From assembly GCA_964577395.1 (NCBI GenBank), contig CAZNYQ010000008.1, positions 57,319-121,318 of the forward strand: a stretch of DNA of 64,000 nt, in the 5' to 3' direction. The position numbers were made by a program, and so were the translations under genes. The notes beneath the pieces are model-generated. The model was not told the DNA's origin. It made no database searches and saw only the letters and a list, made by a program, of their open reading frames with translations. This stretch comes from an uncultured Candidatus Saccharibacteria bacterium (GTDB lineage: Bacteria > Patescibacteriota > Minisyncoccia > JBAYJV01). Below, in pieces: positions 19,676-30,395 of this stretch (position 1 is the first letter of the stretch; each line of letters begins with the position of its first letter).

Positions 19676-20011
19676 ATGAATAAGACAGATAATTCTAAAA
19701 AACTACAACAGAATAATTGGGCTAAGATTATTAAAGCTATTAAAGCTCCTCATGTAACAGAAAAAGCTACTTTGCAATCTGAAAATATGCAATATTCTTT
19801 TAAAGTACCAAAGCAAGCTAATAAAATTCTTATTAAACAAGCTTTAGAAGATTTATATGGCAAAAAAGTAGCTCAAATTAGAACAATTAATGTTAAAAGA
19901 AAAGCACGAGGAAAAACTGCTCGCAGAGCAAGTGGTTTTAGATCAGGCTATAAAAAAGCTATTGTAAGCTTTGCAAAGGGAGCAAAAATTGATATCTTTG
20001 CTAATAAATAA
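19676..20011 (+). CDS. rplW: 50S ribosomal protein L23
   Basis: Operon position and size. Confidence 0.85.
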   Translation: MNKTDNSKKLQQNNWAKIIKAIKAPHVTEKATLQSENMQYSFKVPKQANKILIKQALEDLYGKKVAQIRTINVKRKARGKTARRASGFRSGYKKAIVSFAKGAKIDIFANK

Positions 20012-20014
20012 ACT

Positions 20015-20797
20015 ATGAGTAACAAAAATACCTTAAAAAAGAATAGAAAATTTATTAAGGCAAAGAAAGCTAAAGGTGGCCGCTCACGGGGAAAAATTAC
20101 AGTAAGACATCAAGGCGGCGGCCATAAGCAGAAATACCGCATCATTGATTTTAGCCGCTTGAAGAATAAAGATATTCCCGCTAAGATAGAAAGTATTGAA
20201 TATGACCCTAATAGAAATGCTTCAATTGCAAGTATTATTTATGAAAATGGTGCTCGTAATTATATTTTAGCTCCTCATAAGGCAAAAATAGGTGATAAAA
20301 TTATAACATCCGATAAAGCGGCCATAAAACAAGGTAATCGTTTACGTTTAGAAAATTTACTAGCCGGTACTTCTATCTATAATATAGAAATACAGCCTGA
20401 ACAAGGCGGTAAATTAGTAAGGTCAGCTGGCAATTACGCCCAAATGATGGGAAAAGAAGGTAAGTATGTTCAACTCATGATGCCTTCTAAGGAAATTCGC
20501 CTTATCCTTGGTAAATGTTTTGCAACTGTTGGTCAGGTGTCTAATCCTCAAGCCAACACCAAAAAATTATATAAGGCAGGTCAAAATAGATGGCGGGGCA
20601 TTCGCCCTACTGTTCGAGGTTCAGCAATGAATCCTGTTGATCATCCGCATGGCGGTGGAGAAGGACGTGCGCCTGTTGGATTAAAATATCCTAAAACCCC
20701 TTGGGGTAAACATGCTTTAGGTAAAAAAACTCGGAAGAAAAAATATTCCGATAAATTAATTGTAAAAAGAAGAAAAAGAAAAAAACGTAAAAAATAA
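20015..20797 (+). CDS. rplB: 50S ribosomal protein L2
   Basis: GRNxxGxITxRHxGGGHK-like [15 protein letters not shown]. Lys/Arg C-terminal tail. Confidence 0.95.
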   Translation: MSNKNTLKKNRKFIKAKKAKGGRSRGKITVRHQGGGHKQKYRIIDFSRLKNKDIPAKIESIEYDPNRNASIASIIYENGARNYILAPHKAKIGDKIITSDKAAIKQGNRLRLENLLAGTSIYNIEIQPEQGGKLVRSAGNYAQMMGKEGKYVQLMMPSKEIRLILGKCFATVGQVSNPQANTKKLYKAGQNRWRGIRPTVRGSAMNPVDHPHGGGEGRAPVGLKYPKTPWGKHALGKKTRKKKYSDKLIVKRRKRKKRKK

Positions 20798-20799
20798 TC

Positions 20800-21105
20800 A
20801 TGGCTAGATCACTTAAAAAAGGACATTTCGTTGACGAAAAATTACTGAAAAAAATTCACGATAAAAAGCCTGAACAAGGTCCTATTAAAACATGGTCACG
20901 CCGATCAACTGTTATTCCTGAAATGATAGGATTTACTTTAGCAGTCCATAACGGTAAAGAACATATTCCCGTTAAGATTAGTGAAGAAATGGTTGGTCAT
21001 AAATTAGGTGAATTCTCACACACGCGTAGATTTATTCGCCATGGTGGACGTCTTCAGAGAGAAGAAGAAAAAGCAGCTTCTCAGAAACGAAAATCAACTG
21101 CTTAA
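20800..21105 (+). CDS. rpsS: 30S ribosomal protein S19
   Basis: [11 protein letters not shown]...HNGKEHIPV. Confidence 0.9.
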   Translation: MARSLKKGHFVDEKLLKKIHDKKPEQGPIKTWSRRSTVIPEMIGFTLAVHNGKEHIPVKISEEMVGHKLGEFSHTRRFIRHGGRLQREEEKAASQKRKSTA

Positions 21106-21119
21106 ACTTATATTTTAAT

Positions 21120-21641
21120 ATGACTATCAAAGCAAAATTAAGTTATTTAAATATTTCTCCGCGTAAAGTTAGGCTCGTAGCTAACTTTATTAAAGGTATG
21201 TCTGTCAAAGAAGCGGAAAATCAACTATCGGTTTTAAGAAAAAAAGCTAGCAAGCCACTTTTAAAATTATTAAAGAGCACTCTTGCAAATGCCCATCATA
21301 ATTTTAAAGTCGAAAATGAAGATAGTCTTTATATTAAGAGTATTCAGGTTGATCAAGGTCCTACTTTAAAAAGATGGCAACCAAGGGCTTTTGGTCGTGC
21401 TTATATTATTCGTAAGAGAACTTCTCATGTTAAATTAGAGCTAGATGTTAAGACAGGCAAGATAGAGAAGAAGGAAAGCGCACCTGTTAGCCAACCAACT
21501 CTTCAAAAAGAAGAAACTTCTCGCCATACGACAAAAAAAGATAGCAAGAAAAAATCATTTCTTAAGAAAAAACCAGCTCGTCAACAAGATAAAACAGCGT
21601 CATCTTATAAGGGCGGGTTCTTTCAAAGAAAAGCCGTTTAA
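21120..21641 (+). CDS. rplV: 50S ribosomal protein L22 with about 55-aa C-terminal extension
   Basis: L22 core, then a basic/Ser-Thr-rich tail. Confidence 0.85.
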   Translation: MTIKAKLSYLNISPRKVRLVANFIKGMSVKEAENQLSVLRKKASKPLLKLLKSTLANAHHNFKVENEDSLYIKSIQVDQGPTLKRWQPRAFGRAYIIRKRTSHVKLELDVKTGKIEKKESAPVSQPTLQKEETSRHTTKKDSKKKSFLKKKPARQQDKTASSYKGGFFQRKAV

Positions 21642-21658
21642 AATAATCAATCAATTTT

Positions 21659-22309
21659 ATGGGTAAAAAAGTCCATCCAAAATCAATTCGACTCTCTATA
21701 AATCAAAGCTGGTCCTCTCAGTGGTTTGCGAAATTAGCTAAGGGAGGTGCTAAAAAATATCGAGAGAATTTACAAGAAGATCTACGATTAAGAGAATATA
21801 CTAAGAAACGCCTTAAAAGAGCTGCTATTGAAAAAGTAATTATTAAAAGATCTCCTAAGCAAGTTAATCTTATCATTTACACTGCCAGGCCTGGTTTAGT
21901 AATAGGAAAAAACGGTAAAGAAATTGATGCGCTTAAACAAGAACTTAATAAGATAATTTCTTCTGATGCAGCTTTAAAAATTGACATCGAAGAAGTCCGC
22001 AAACCAGACACCAGAGCAGAATTATTAGCCCAAAATATTGCTGAACAATTAGAAAGACGACTTCCTTATAGAAGAGTCCTTAAAAAAACTCTTGATAAAA
22101 TTAATCTTAACAATGAAATTAAAGGAGTTAAGATTAAAATTTCAGGTCGTCTAAATGGTGCTGATATTGCAAGATCTGAATGGTTAAGCAAGGGCAGTCT
22201 TCCTCTGCAAACACTTAAGGCGTATATAGAATATGCTCAGGCAACAGCTGGCACAACTTATGGATCGGTAGGAATTAAAGTTTGGATTTATAAAAAAAAT
22301 AGTGATTAA
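21659..22309 (+). CDS. rpsC: 30S ribosomal protein S3
   Basis: KH domain and the S3 C-terminal domain. Confidence 0.9.
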   Translation: MGKKVHPKSIRLSINQSWSSQWFAKLAKGGAKKYRENLQEDLRLREYTKKRLKRAAIEKVIIKRSPKQVNLIIYTARPGLVIGKNGKEIDALKQELNKIISSDAALKIDIEEVRKPDTRAELLAQNIAEQLERRLPYRRVLKKTLDKINLNNEIKGVKIKISGRLNGADIARSEWLSKGSLPLQTLKAYIEYAQATAGTTYGSVGIKVWIYKKNSD

Positions 22310-22323
22310 AAAAAATAATTTTT

Positions 22324-22731
22324 ATGTTATTACCTAAAAAAGTAAAACATCGTAAATGGCAAAAAGGCACATATAAAGGCAAAGCTCAAAAAGGCAATCA
22401 GCTTAGCTTTGGAAAGTTTGGATTAAAAGCTCTTGATATAAAAAGGATTACTTCTCGTCAAATTGAAGCAGCGCGCCGTACTTTAACTAGACATCTTAAG
22501 AAAGAGGGTAAAAGTTGGATCAGAATTTTTCCTGATAAACCTATTACTAATAAAGGTGTTGAGGTTTCTATGGGCGGAGGTAAAGGAGATGTTGATCATT
22601 TTGTAGCTGTTGTGAAGCCTGGTCGCATTATTTTTGAAATTGATGGTGTAGAAGAAAGTCTTGCCCGCGAAGGTCTACAGAAAGCATCACATAAATTACC
22701 TGTTAAAACTAAATTTGTTAAGAGGTCTTAG
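22324..22731 (+). CDS. rplP: 50S ribosomal protein L16
   Basis: [15 protein letters not shown]... Confidence 0.95.
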   Translation: MLLPKKVKHRKWQKGTYKGKAQKGNQLSFGKFGLKALDIKRITSRQIEAARRTLTRHLKKEGKSWIRIFPDKPITNKGVEVSMGGGKGDVDHFVAVVKPGRIIFEIDGVEESLAREGLQKASHKLPVKTKFVKRS

Positions 22732-22736
22732 AAAAT

Positions 22737-22940
22737 ATGAAAAAAAATGCTCAACTACGACAAAAAGATATTCCTGAATTGAAAAAAGACGTTAAAAATT
22801 TACGTAAAAAATTAGTTAATCTAAAATTCGAGAGAGAAACAGGATCTCTCAAGAAAGTCCATCAAATTAAACAAAACAAAAGAGAATTAGCTCGTCTTGT
22901 AACTATTTTGTCAGAAAAAGAAAAAGAAACAAAAAAATAA
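22737..22940 (+). CDS. rpmC: 50S ribosomal protein L29
   Basis: Size and position. LRKKLVNLKFE. Confidence 0.85.
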   Translation: MKKNAQLRQKDIPELKKDVKNLRKKLVNLKFERETGSLKKVHQIKQNKRELARLVTILSEKEKETKK

Positions 22941-22949
22941 TTAATATTT

Positions 22950-23210
22950 ATGTCTAATACTCAAAAAAAACAACCAAAACACCGTCGCCGTCTTAAGGGA
23001 ACAGTTGTGTCAGATAAAATGGCTAAAACTGTTACAGTTGAAGTAATGACTTTAAAAAAACATCCGATATATCAAAAAAGATACCGCACCTTTAAAAAAT
23101 ATCTTGCTCATCACCAAAATAATGTTAAGATCGGCGATAAAGTTATCATTGAAGAATGCAAACCTTTTAGCAAGAAAAAGAAATGGCAAGTTGTTAATAA
23201 AAATTCCTAA
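22950..23210 (+). CDS. rpsQ: 30S ribosomal protein S17
   Basis: LKGTVVSDKMAKTVTV. Confidence 0.9.
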   Translation: MSNTQKKQPKHRRRLKGTVVSDKMAKTVTVEVMTLKKHPIYQKRYRTFKKYLAHHQNNVKIGDKVIIEECKPFSKKKKWQVVNKNS

Positions 23211-23216
23211 AAATAT

Positions 23217-23582
23217 ATGATTCAAGCAGGCACAAAATTAAATATTGCTGATAACACAGGAGCTAAGAAAATCCAATGTATTAAAGTAATTGGCGGATCA
23301 CGTCGCCGTTATGCTGGGATAGGAGATATTATAGTAGCTTCAGTTAAAGAAGCAGAGCCTCGTAAAACAGCTAAAAAAGGTGAAGTAGTTCGAGCAGTCA
23401 TCGTCCGTCAAAAAAAACCTTACCGACGTCAAAACGGCACTTATTTGAGGTTTGATGAAAACGCTGCTGTTATAATAGACAATAAAGAACCTAAGGGAAC
23501 AAGAATTTTTGGACCCGTTCCTCGGGAATTAAGAAAGAAGGATTTCAATAAAATTATTTCTATGGCAAAAGATATTATTTAA
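23217..23582 (+). CDS. rplN: 50S ribosomal protein L14
   Basis: [17 protein letters not shown]. Confidence 0.95.
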   Translation: MIQAGTKLNIADNTGAKKIQCIKVIGGSRRRYAGIGDIIVASVKEAEPRKTAKKGEVVRAVIVRQKKPYRRQNGTYLRFDENAAVIIDNKEPKGTRIFGPVPRELRKKDFNKIISMAKDII

Positions 23583-23590
23583 AAACATCT

Positions 23591-23905
23591 ATGAACCGCT
23601 TAAAGAAAAATGACAAAGTATTAATTTTAAAAGGCAAAGACCGCTCTAAAACCGGTCAGATTTTACATGTTTTACCTAAAAAAAATCAAGTTGTCGTAGA
23701 AGGATTAAATTTAGTTACTCGTCACGTCCGACCACGCCGGCAAGGCGAAAAAGGACAAAGAGTTCAAGTTCCCGCCCCTATAGATTCTTCTAATATTAAA
23801 CTTATTTGTCCTAAATGTAAAAAACCAACTAGGGTTAGCTTTCAACAAGATGCTAAAAAAAAGAAAGTCAGGATCTGCAAGAACTGTAAGGCTATTATAG
23901 ATTAA
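23591..23905 (+). CDS. rplX: 50S ribosomal protein L24
   Basis: KKNDKVLILKGKDRSKTGQI (KOW). Confidence 0.9.
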   Translation: MNRLKKNDKVLILKGKDRSKTGQILHVLPKKNQVVVEGLNLVTRHVRPRRQGEKGQRVQVPAPIDSSNIKLICPKCKKPTRVSFQQDAKKKKVRICKNCKAIID

Positions 23906-23914
23906 TTTAAAAAA

Positions 23915-24457
23915 ATGTCCTATTTTAAAAAAACTTTCAAAAAAGAAATTATTCCTCGATTAAAAAAACAGCTTAATATAAAAAATGAGCTAGCTTTGCC
24001 TAAATTAGAAAAAGTTGTTCTTAATTCAGGTATTGGCAATTTAAAAGACAATAAGGAAGATATGAAACAAAGCATTGAGGGCATGAGCTTAATTACAGGC
24101 CAAAAACCGATCGTCACTAAAGCTAAAAAAGCTATTTCAGCTTTTAAAATTAGAGAAGGTATGCCTGTAGGCATAAAAGTCACCCTGCGAGATCAAAAAA
24201 TGTATGATTTTATTGAAAGACTTATAAAAATATCTTTACCACGCTGGAGAGAGTTTGAGGGAATTAACCCTAAATCAATCGACGAACAAGGTAATTTAAC
24301 AATTGGTTTGAAAGATGTTAGTATTTTCCCAGAGCTTAGTCAAAATAAAAAAGTAGAGTATAAATTTGGCTTAGAGATCACAATAGTCGTTAACGCTAAA
24401 AACAGAGAAGAAGCTCTTGAATTATATAAACAACTAGGTTTCATTATTAAAAAGTAA
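23915..24457 (+). CDS. rplE: 50S ribosomal protein L5
   Basis: Operon position. L5 family. Confidence 0.9.
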   Translation: MSYFKKTFKKEIIPRLKKQLNIKNELALPKLEKVVLNSGIGNLKDNKEDMKQSIEGMSLITGQKPIVTKAKKAISAFKIREGMPVGIKVTLRDQKMYDFIERLIKISLPRWREFEGINPKSIDEQGNLTIGLKDVSIFPELSQNKKVEYKFGLEITIVVNAKNREEALELYKQLGFIIKK

Positions 24458-24467
24458 CTTTATTCTT

Positions 24468-24653
24468 ATGGCTCGTAAATCTTTAATTGCTAAATCAAAT
24501 AAAAAACCTAAGTATCGCACTCGTGTTGTGCGTCGTTGTTCTCGTTGCGGAAGATCACGTGGTTATTTACGTAAATTCGGTCTTTGTCGTATATGCTTCA
24601 GAGAATTAGCTAATAAGGGCGAACTTCCTGGTGTTAAAAAATCAAGTTGGTAA
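24468..24653 (+). CDS. rpsZ: 30S ribosomal protein S14 type Z (zinc-binding)
   Basis: 61 aa with [23 protein letters not shown]. Confidence 0.9.
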   Translation: MARKSLIAKSNKKPKYRTRVVRRCSRCGRSRGYLRKFGLCRICFRELANKGELPGVKKSSW

Positions 24654-24684
24654 GTTGTTATTAATTTAGAATACATTTAAAAAT

Positions 24685-25065
24685 ATGGATTTAATAAGTA
24701 ATATGTTAACTCAAATTAGAAACTCTTCTATGGTTCAAAAAGAAACCTGTCGAGTTCCTGCATCAAAAATCACAGAAAAGATTGCTTTAATTTTAAAGAA
24801 ACGCGGCTTTATTAAAGATGTTAAAAGAAAAAATGAAGATAAAAAATCGTTTTTAGATATAAAATTACGTTATATTGATGAACAACCTGTTATTTCTTCT
24901 ATTAAACGCATGAGCCGATCAGGTAGACGCATTTATGAAAATCATAAGAATTTAAAATCTCCTAAATTTGGCATTGTTATTGTTTCAACATCTAAAGGTA
25001 TTATGACAGCTCAAGAAGCAAAAAAACAACAAATAGGCGGAGAGGTTATTTGTCAAGTTCGTTAA
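24685..25065 (+). CDS. rpsH: 30S ribosomal protein S8
   Basis: DLISNMLTQIRN... Confidence 0.9.
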   Translation: MDLISNMLTQIRNSSMVQKETCRVPASKITEKIALILKKRGFIKDVKRKNEDKKSFLDIKLRYIDEQPVISSIKRMSRSGRRIYENHKNLKSPKFGIVIVSTSKGIMTAQEAKKQQIGGEVICQVR

Positions 25066-25066
25066 T

Positions 25067-25615
25067 ATGTCTAAAATTGGAAAACAACCTATTCAAATTC
25101 CCGATAAAGTTACCGTTAATTTACAAGATAATAAGTTAACTATTACCGGACCAAAAGGAACTTTGGAAAAAGAAATTCCCCAAATTCTTGAAATTAAAGT
25201 AGAAAATAATAAAATAACTATAAAGCCAAGAAAAATTACTAGCAAACAAACCAAAGCTCTTTGGGGAACTTGGAGAGCTTTAATAGCTAATATGATAACA
25301 GGCGTTTCTCAAGGCTTTAAAAAGATATTAGAATATGAAGGCGTTGGATATAGAGCAACAATGGAAGGCAATAATTTAAAATTAGCATTAGGGTTTTCTC
25401 ACCCTATTCAGCTTACGCCTCCTGAAGGTATTAGTTTTACAACAGAAAAAAATACTATCACAGTTGAAGGGATTGACAAAGCTTTAGTCGGTAAGGTAGC
25501 AGCTAAAATAAGAGGCTACAGGCCTCCTGAACCATATAAAGGTAAGGGTATCCATTATAAAGATGAGGTCATTCGACGTAAAGAAGGCAAGAAATCTGTT
25601 AGTGCTGGCTTCTAA
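25067..25615 (+). CDS. rplF: 50S ribosomal protein L6
   Basis: [16 protein letters not shown]. Confidence 0.9.
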   Translation: MSKIGKQPIQIPDKVTVNLQDNKLTITGPKGTLEKEIPQILEIKVENNKITIKPRKITSKQTKALWGTWRALIANMITGVSQGFKKILEYEGVGYRATMEGNNLKLALGFSHPIQLTPPEGISFTTEKNTITVEGIDKALVGKVAAKIRGYRPPEPYKGKGIHYKDEVIRRKEGKKSVSAGF

Positions 25616-25623
25616 TTATTATT

Positions 25624-25965
25624 ATGTCTCAAAAAAAGAAATTTAAAACACAAAGAATTCATAAAAAGATTAAGAAATTAACTGAACGCCCTCGTTTAGT
25701 GGTTTTTCGTAGCAATAAAAATATTACTGCCCAAATTATTAATAATCAGGGAAACAAAGTTATAACAGCCGCCTCAAGTGTTAAAATGAAAGATTCTAAA
25801 GACAAAACTAAAACAGAGATTGCTCAAGCAATTGGTAAAAAAATTGCCCAACAAGCTATCAAACAAAAAATTAAAAAAGTAACATTTGATAGAGGTGCTT
25901 ATAAATATCACGGCAGAGTTAAGGCCTTAGCCGAAGCTGCTCGTAAGGCAGGTCTAGATTTTTAA
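25624..25965 (+). CDS. rplR: 50S ribosomal protein L18
   Basis: [18 protein letters not shown] ... [15 protein letters not shown]. Confidence 0.9.
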   Translation: MSQKKKFKTQRIHKKIKKLTERPRLVVFRSNKNITAQIINNQGNKVITAASSVKMKDSKDKTKTEIAQAIGKKIAQQAIKQKIKKVTFDRGAYKYHGRVKALAEAARKAGLDF

Positions 25966-25978
25966 ATATTTTCAAAAT

Positions 25979-27256
25979 ATGTTTCAAAAAATTATTCATA
26001 TTTTCCGTATTAAGGATTTAAGAAAAAAAATTCTTTTTGTATTATTTATTTTAGCGCTTTCTCGTTTGATCGCATCTATCCCTATTCCTGGTATTGACAC
26101 CCAAAGGTTGGAAGAGTTTTTTAGCGGTAATCAATTTTTTGGACTATTAAATGTCTTTACAGGTGGTGCAATGAGCAGATTATCAATTGCTATGCTAGGA
26201 TTAGGCCCTTTTATTACAGCAACAATTATTATGCAATTACTGACCATGATTTTCCCACGTCTTAAGGAAATGTATCAGGAAGCTGGAGAACAAGGAAGAG
26301 AAAAATTTAACCAATATGCTCGTATTGCAACAGTTCCTTTAGCTATGCTACAATCATTTGGCTTTTTAAATTTACTTAAAAAACAGCAAGTTATAGGAGA
26401 ACTTTCTTCTTTTGATTTGATAGCTAATATTATTGTCATTACAGGCGGCGCTGTTCTCCTTATGTGGCTAGGAGAATTAATCAGTCAAAAAGGGATAGGT
26501 AATGGTATTTCTTTGTTAATTTTCGCAGGTATTGTAGGTGGAATTCCTATTCAAATCGCTCAAACTGCTTCTATATGGGATCCTGCAAAAGTACCAGCTT
26601 ACTTACTTTTCTTCATAACATCACTTATAGTTATTGCTGGAGTAGTTTTTATTACTCAGGGACAAAAGAATATTCCTGTTTCATATGCTAAACGAATTCG
26701 GGGACGCCGCATGTATGGGGGCGCAAGTACATTCTTACCTTTAAGAATTAATCAAGCTGGCGTTATTCCTATTATATTTGCAATGTCAGTTTTATTATTC
26801 CCAGGTATGATTGCTACTTTTTTATCTGGTTCTGACAATGCTACCTTAGTTAGAATAGCAAGTACTTTAAACAATATTTTTCAAAATCAAACTTTTTATG
26901 CCTTTGCATACTTTATCTTAGTTGTTGCTTTTACATACTTTTACACAGCAGTTACTTTTGATCCTAATAATGTAGCTGATAATCTCCAGAAAAGCGGTGG
27001 TTTTATTCCAGGCATCCGTCCTGGAGAAAAAACTTCTCAATATATCCATTACGTTCTTAATCGTATCACCTTAGTGGGAGCAATTTTCTTAGGAACAATT
27101 GCTATTCTTCCAATGTTAGTGCAAGGCACAACAGGGGTAGAAACTTTTCAATTCATGGTTGGTGGCACTGCTCTTTTAATTGTTGTCTCGGTAGTGCTTG
27201 AGACAATGAAACAAATTAAAGCTCAATTAACTATGCGAGATTATGAAACTTTTTAA
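25979..27256 (+). CDS. secY: Preprotein translocase subunit SecY
   Basis: 10-TM protein with the SecY pattern. It directly follows rplR. Confidence 0.95.
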   Translation: MFQKIIHIFRIKDLRKKILFVLFILALSRLIASIPIPGIDTQRLEEFFSGNQFFGLLNVFTGGAMSRLSIAMLGLGPFITATIIMQLLTMIFPRLKEMYQEAGEQGREKFNQYARIATVPLAMLQSFGFLNLLKKQQVIGELSSFDLIANIIVITGGAVLLMWLGELISQKGIGNGISLLIFAGIVGGIPIQIAQTASIWDPAKVPAYLLFFITSLIVIAGVVFITQGQKNIPVSYAKRIRGRRMYGGASTFLPLRINQAGVIPIIFAMSVLLFPGMIATFLSGSDNATLVRIASTLNNIFQNQTFYAFAYFILVVAFTYFYTAVTFDPNNVADNLQKSGGFIPGIRPGEKTSQYIHYVLNRITLVGAIFLGTIAILPMLVQGTTGVETFQFMVGGTALLIVVSVVLETMKQIKAQLTMRDYETF

Positions 27257-27924
27257 TGGCTAATCAAATTAAAATTGTTATTCTTGCTGGTCCTCCCGGA
27301 TCAGGCAAGGGTACTCAAGCTCACCTTTTAAAAGATAGAAAAGGTTTTTATCTTCTTCAAACAAGCCAAGTTATTAGAGAAAAATTTAAAACAGACCCTG
27401 ACAATCCAGATGTTAAGGCTAGTAAGAAAGCTTATCAAGAGGGTGGTTTGACTGACGGCGCTGTTTTAGCTCGTTGGATAGGAGAGAAACTCTTAGATAT
27501 CAGAGAGCAAATTCTCACAAAAGGAGTTATCTTAGATGGCGCCGCACGCACGACTAGAGAAGCTCAATCAACTTTTGAGCTAATTAAAGAAAATTTCGGA
27601 GCTGATAAATTAAGGCTCTTTTTTATTAAAGTGTCTGCTCAAGAAACTCTTCGAAGAAACTCTAAAAGACTTATTTGTGAGAAATGCCTTAGACCACTTA
27701 ACCCTAAGTTAATTGGCAAAGTAAATAAGTGTCCTCATTGCGGAGGAAAATTAGTTCCCAGGGAAATGGATAACCAAGAGATTATCCAAAAAAGACTTGA
27801 AGTATATGAAAAACAAACCTTGCCAGCTATTAATTTTCTCAAAAAGCAAGGAGTTGTAATTGAAATTAACGGAGAGCAGCCCGTTGAAAGCGTCTATCGA
27901 GACATAGAAGCCCATCTTGATTAA
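27256..27924 (+). CDS. adk: Adenylate kinase (zinc-lid type)
   Basis: ILAGPPGSGKGTQ P-loop and a CEKC...CPHCGG lid. Confidence 0.95.
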   Translation: MANQIKIVILAGPPGSGKGTQAHLLKDRKGFYLLQTSQVIREKFKTDPDNPDVKASKKAYQEGGLTDGAVLARWIGEKLLDIREQILTKGVILDGAARTTREAQSTFELIKENFGADKLRLFFIKVSAQETLRRNSKRLICEKCLRPLNPKLIGKVNKCPHCGGKLVPREMDNQEIIQKRLEVYEKQTLPAINFLKKQGVVIEINGEQPVESVYRDIEAHLD

Positions 27925-27944
27925 AAATATCTTAATCTTAAAAT

Positions 27945-27970
27945 GTTAGATTGTTGTAATCTAACTTTTT
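27945..27970 (+). terminator. Intrinsic terminator after adk
   Basis: 8-bp stem gttagatt/aatctaac with a 5-nt loop, then ttttt. Confidence 0.6.
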
Positions 27971-27972
27971 CA

Positions 27973-28001
27973 TTGCCAAATATTTAAAATATTGATAAAC
28001 T
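27973..28001 (+). promoter_or_regulatory. Sigma70-like promoter (TTGCCA-17-TAAACT) for map
   Basis: Located 10 nt upstream of the map ATG. Confidence 0.4.
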
Positions 28002-28010
28002 AGACTCCTT

Positions 28011-28763
28011 ATGAATATTCAAATTAAAACAAAAGAAGAGATAAGTGTTATGCGACATAATTGCCAAGAATTAGCTCGTATTGCTAAAACATTAAAAAAT
28101 ATGAGCAAGCCAGGTATTTCAACTTTTCAATTAGAAGAAGTTGCGCAAAAAATGATGGCTGATTTTGGCGCTAAGCCTTCTTTTCAAGGATTTCAAGGAT
28201 ATCCGGCAGCTTTATGTACTTCAATTAATGATGAAGTGGTACATGCCGTACCAAAAATGAACAGAGTATTAAAAAAAGGAGATATCGTTAGTATAGATCT
28301 AGGACTATATAAAAATGGTTTTCATTCAGACATGGCAATAACTTTTTACTTTCCTCCTATTAGTAAAAAAGCGCACCAGTTAATTAAAACAACTCAAAAA
28401 GCTCTCAATAATGCTATTAGTATTGTTAAACCAGGTCTTAAAATAGGTGCTATCGGAGCTATTATTCAAAAAACAATTGAGAAAAAAGGCTTTTCTGTTA
28501 TGAAAGATTTAACTGGTCATGGTATTGGAAGGGACCTTCATGAAGATCCTTGTATCTTTAATTACGGTTCTCCCAATCAAGGTATCACTTTAAAGCCAGG
28601 TATGGCAATTGCTATAGAACCGATGGCTTCAATGGGTAGTGATCAAATTAAACAAGGACCTGATGGTTTTGCCTTTGTAACAAAAGATAATTCATTATCA
28701 GCCCATTTTGAACACACTCTGGCTGTTATGGATAATGGCTATGATATTTTAACTAAAATTTAA
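28011..28763 (+). CDS. map: Methionine aminopeptidase type I
   Basis: Pita-bread fold metal ligands (D...D...H...E...E pattern). 250 aa. Confidence 0.9.
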   Translation: MNIQIKTKEEISVMRHNCQELARIAKTLKNMSKPGISTFQLEEVAQKMMADFGAKPSFQGFQGYPAALCTSINDEVVHAVPKMNRVLKKGDIVSIDLGLYKNGFHSDMAITFYFPPISKKAHQLIKTTQKALNNAISIVKPGLKIGAIGAIIQKTIEKKGFSVMKDLTGHGIGRDLHEDPCIFNYGSPNQGITLKPGMAIAIEPMASMGSDQIKQGPDGFAFVTKDNSLSAHFEHTLAVMDNGYDILTKI

Positions 28764-28776
28764 ACCTAATAATCCT

Positions 28777-29169
28777 ATGAATCTTTTAGGTATTGATTAT
28801 GGAGATAAAAGAGTAGGCGTGGCAATCACAACAGACAATTGGGTAAAACCCCTAACAACTCTTATAAATACATCTGATCAAGAAGTTATTGATAAAATAC
28901 AAGAATTGGTAAGCTTAAATGCTATTAATAAAGTTATTTTTGGAATGCCTCAGCCTTTGAAAACTCAAGCAAACGAACGTTCCAGGATAACCCAAGAATT
29001 TGGCGAGAAATTAAAAAAAAATTTAGCTGTTCCTCTCATATTTACAAGTGAAATTTTCACTTCAAAATTAGCAAAACGATCGGCTTACACTAAAAAACAA
29101 AAGCAGCAAGTTGATGCACGAGCTGCTTGTTTTATTTTAGAAAATTATCTTAAAAAAAATGAATCCTGA
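28777..29169 (+). CDS. ruvX: RuvX/YqgF putative pre-16S rRNA nuclease (Holliday junction resolvase-like)
   Basis: LGIDYGDKRVGVAIT N-terminal motif. 130 aa. Confidence 0.8.
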   Translation: MNLLGIDYGDKRVGVAITTDNWVKPLTTLINTSDQEVIDKIQELVSLNAINKVIFGMPQPLKTQANERSRITQEFGEKLKKNLAVPLIFTSEIFTSKLAKRSAYTKKQKQQVDARAACFILENYLKKNES

Positions 29170-29620
29170 GCTAATCATCTTCCTTCTATCAATGAGCCCC
29201 ATATCAGAACTCAGAGGAGCTTTACCTTTAGGAGTAATGTATTACAAATTAAGTCTTGGAAAAGTGATATTTCTGAGTATTACCGGTAATATTTTAATTA
29301 CCTTAATTTTATTAATATTACTTAATTTTTGTTTAGAATTTTTTATTAAAAAAATTCCTTTCTTAAGAAAAATATTTAATTATTTCTTTGAAAAAACAAA
29401 GCTAAGGCACCAGAAAAAATTCAATCAATGGAAAGATCTAGCATTAGTAATCATTGTTGCTCTCCCTTTACCTTTTACGGGAGCATGGACAGGTACTTTA
29501 GCTTCTTATGTTTTTGGTATTACTCCCCGAAGAGCTTTCCCTTTAATATTCTTAGGAATTATGATAGCTGGCTTAATTATTAGTCTTTTAACAATAAATG
29601 GGGTTTATCTTTTAAAGTAA
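29159..29620 (+). CDS. Small integral membrane protein (COG2426-like)
   Basis: 153 aa, 4 TM, ELRGALPLG motif. Family assignment is tentative. Confidence 0.45.
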   Translation: MNPELIIFLLSMSPISELRGALPLGVMYYKLSLGKVIFLSITGNILITLILLILLNFCLEFFIKKIPFLRKIFNYFFEKTKLRHQKKFNQWKDLALVIIVALPLPFTGAWTGTLASYVFGITPRRAFPLIFLGIMIAGLIISLLTINGVYLLK

Positions 29621-29667
29621 ATGCGATATTATATATAAATAATCAAAAATCTCTAAATTTTAAAAAT

Positions 29668-30393
29668 ATGTTTTATGTTTTTGCTAATTGGAAAATGAAT
29701 CCCGTGAGCCAAAGAGAGGCTCAAGAGCTAACTAGTGATATTTTACATAAACTGCGTCAATTTAATTGGCAGAGCAAAGTAAAAATTATTCTAATGCCTC
29801 CTTATATTTGGCTTAATGACGTTCAAAAAGAAATATCTTCATCTAAGTTAAGTATTGAAATAGGGACTCAAAATGTTTTTTGGAAAAATAAGGGAGCTTA
29901 TACTGGTGAAATATCCGCTTCAATGGCTAAAAGCATTAATTGTACATATACATTAGTAGGACACTCTGAAAGAGAAATATATCTAAAAGAGGATTTATCG
30001 ATGATAATTAAAAAACTTAACGCATCAATCCAAAATGATCTAATACCAATCTTATGTCTTCATCCGAATGATCAAAGCCATCTTAAGGATATTCTTCGAG
30101 AAGTTGCCAATAATTTGAATTCAGAGAATTTAGATAAAATCATATATCTTTACGAGCCTACAAATGCTATAAGTACTCAAGAAGCTGAAACACCCTCCCA
30201 AAAAAAGATAAAAAATATGCGAGATGTTATTAAGCAACATACCTCAAAAAATGCAAAAATATTATATGGAGGTAGTATTAATGATAATAATATTAATTAT
30301 CTAGCACGTGAAACTAATTTAGATGGCGTTTTAATTGGTTCTAAAAGTTTAAATCCCGATCATTTTATAAAAATTATCAAAAATATTAAATAA
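29668..30393 (+). CDS. tpiA: Triosephosphate isomerase
   Basis: FANWKMN and VGHSERE motifs. Confidence 0.9.
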   Translation: MFYVFANWKMNPVSQREAQELTSDILHKLRQFNWQSKVKIILMPPYIWLNDVQKEISSSKLSIEIGTQNVFWKNKGAYTGEISASMAKSINCTYTLVGHSEREIYLKEDLSMIIKKLNASIQNDLIPILCLHPNDQSHLKDILREVANNLNSENLDKIIYLYEPTNAISTQEAETPSQKKIKNMRDVIKQHTSKNAKILYGGSINDNNINYLARETNLDGVLIGSKSLNPDHFIKIIKNIK

Positions 30394-30395
30394 TC

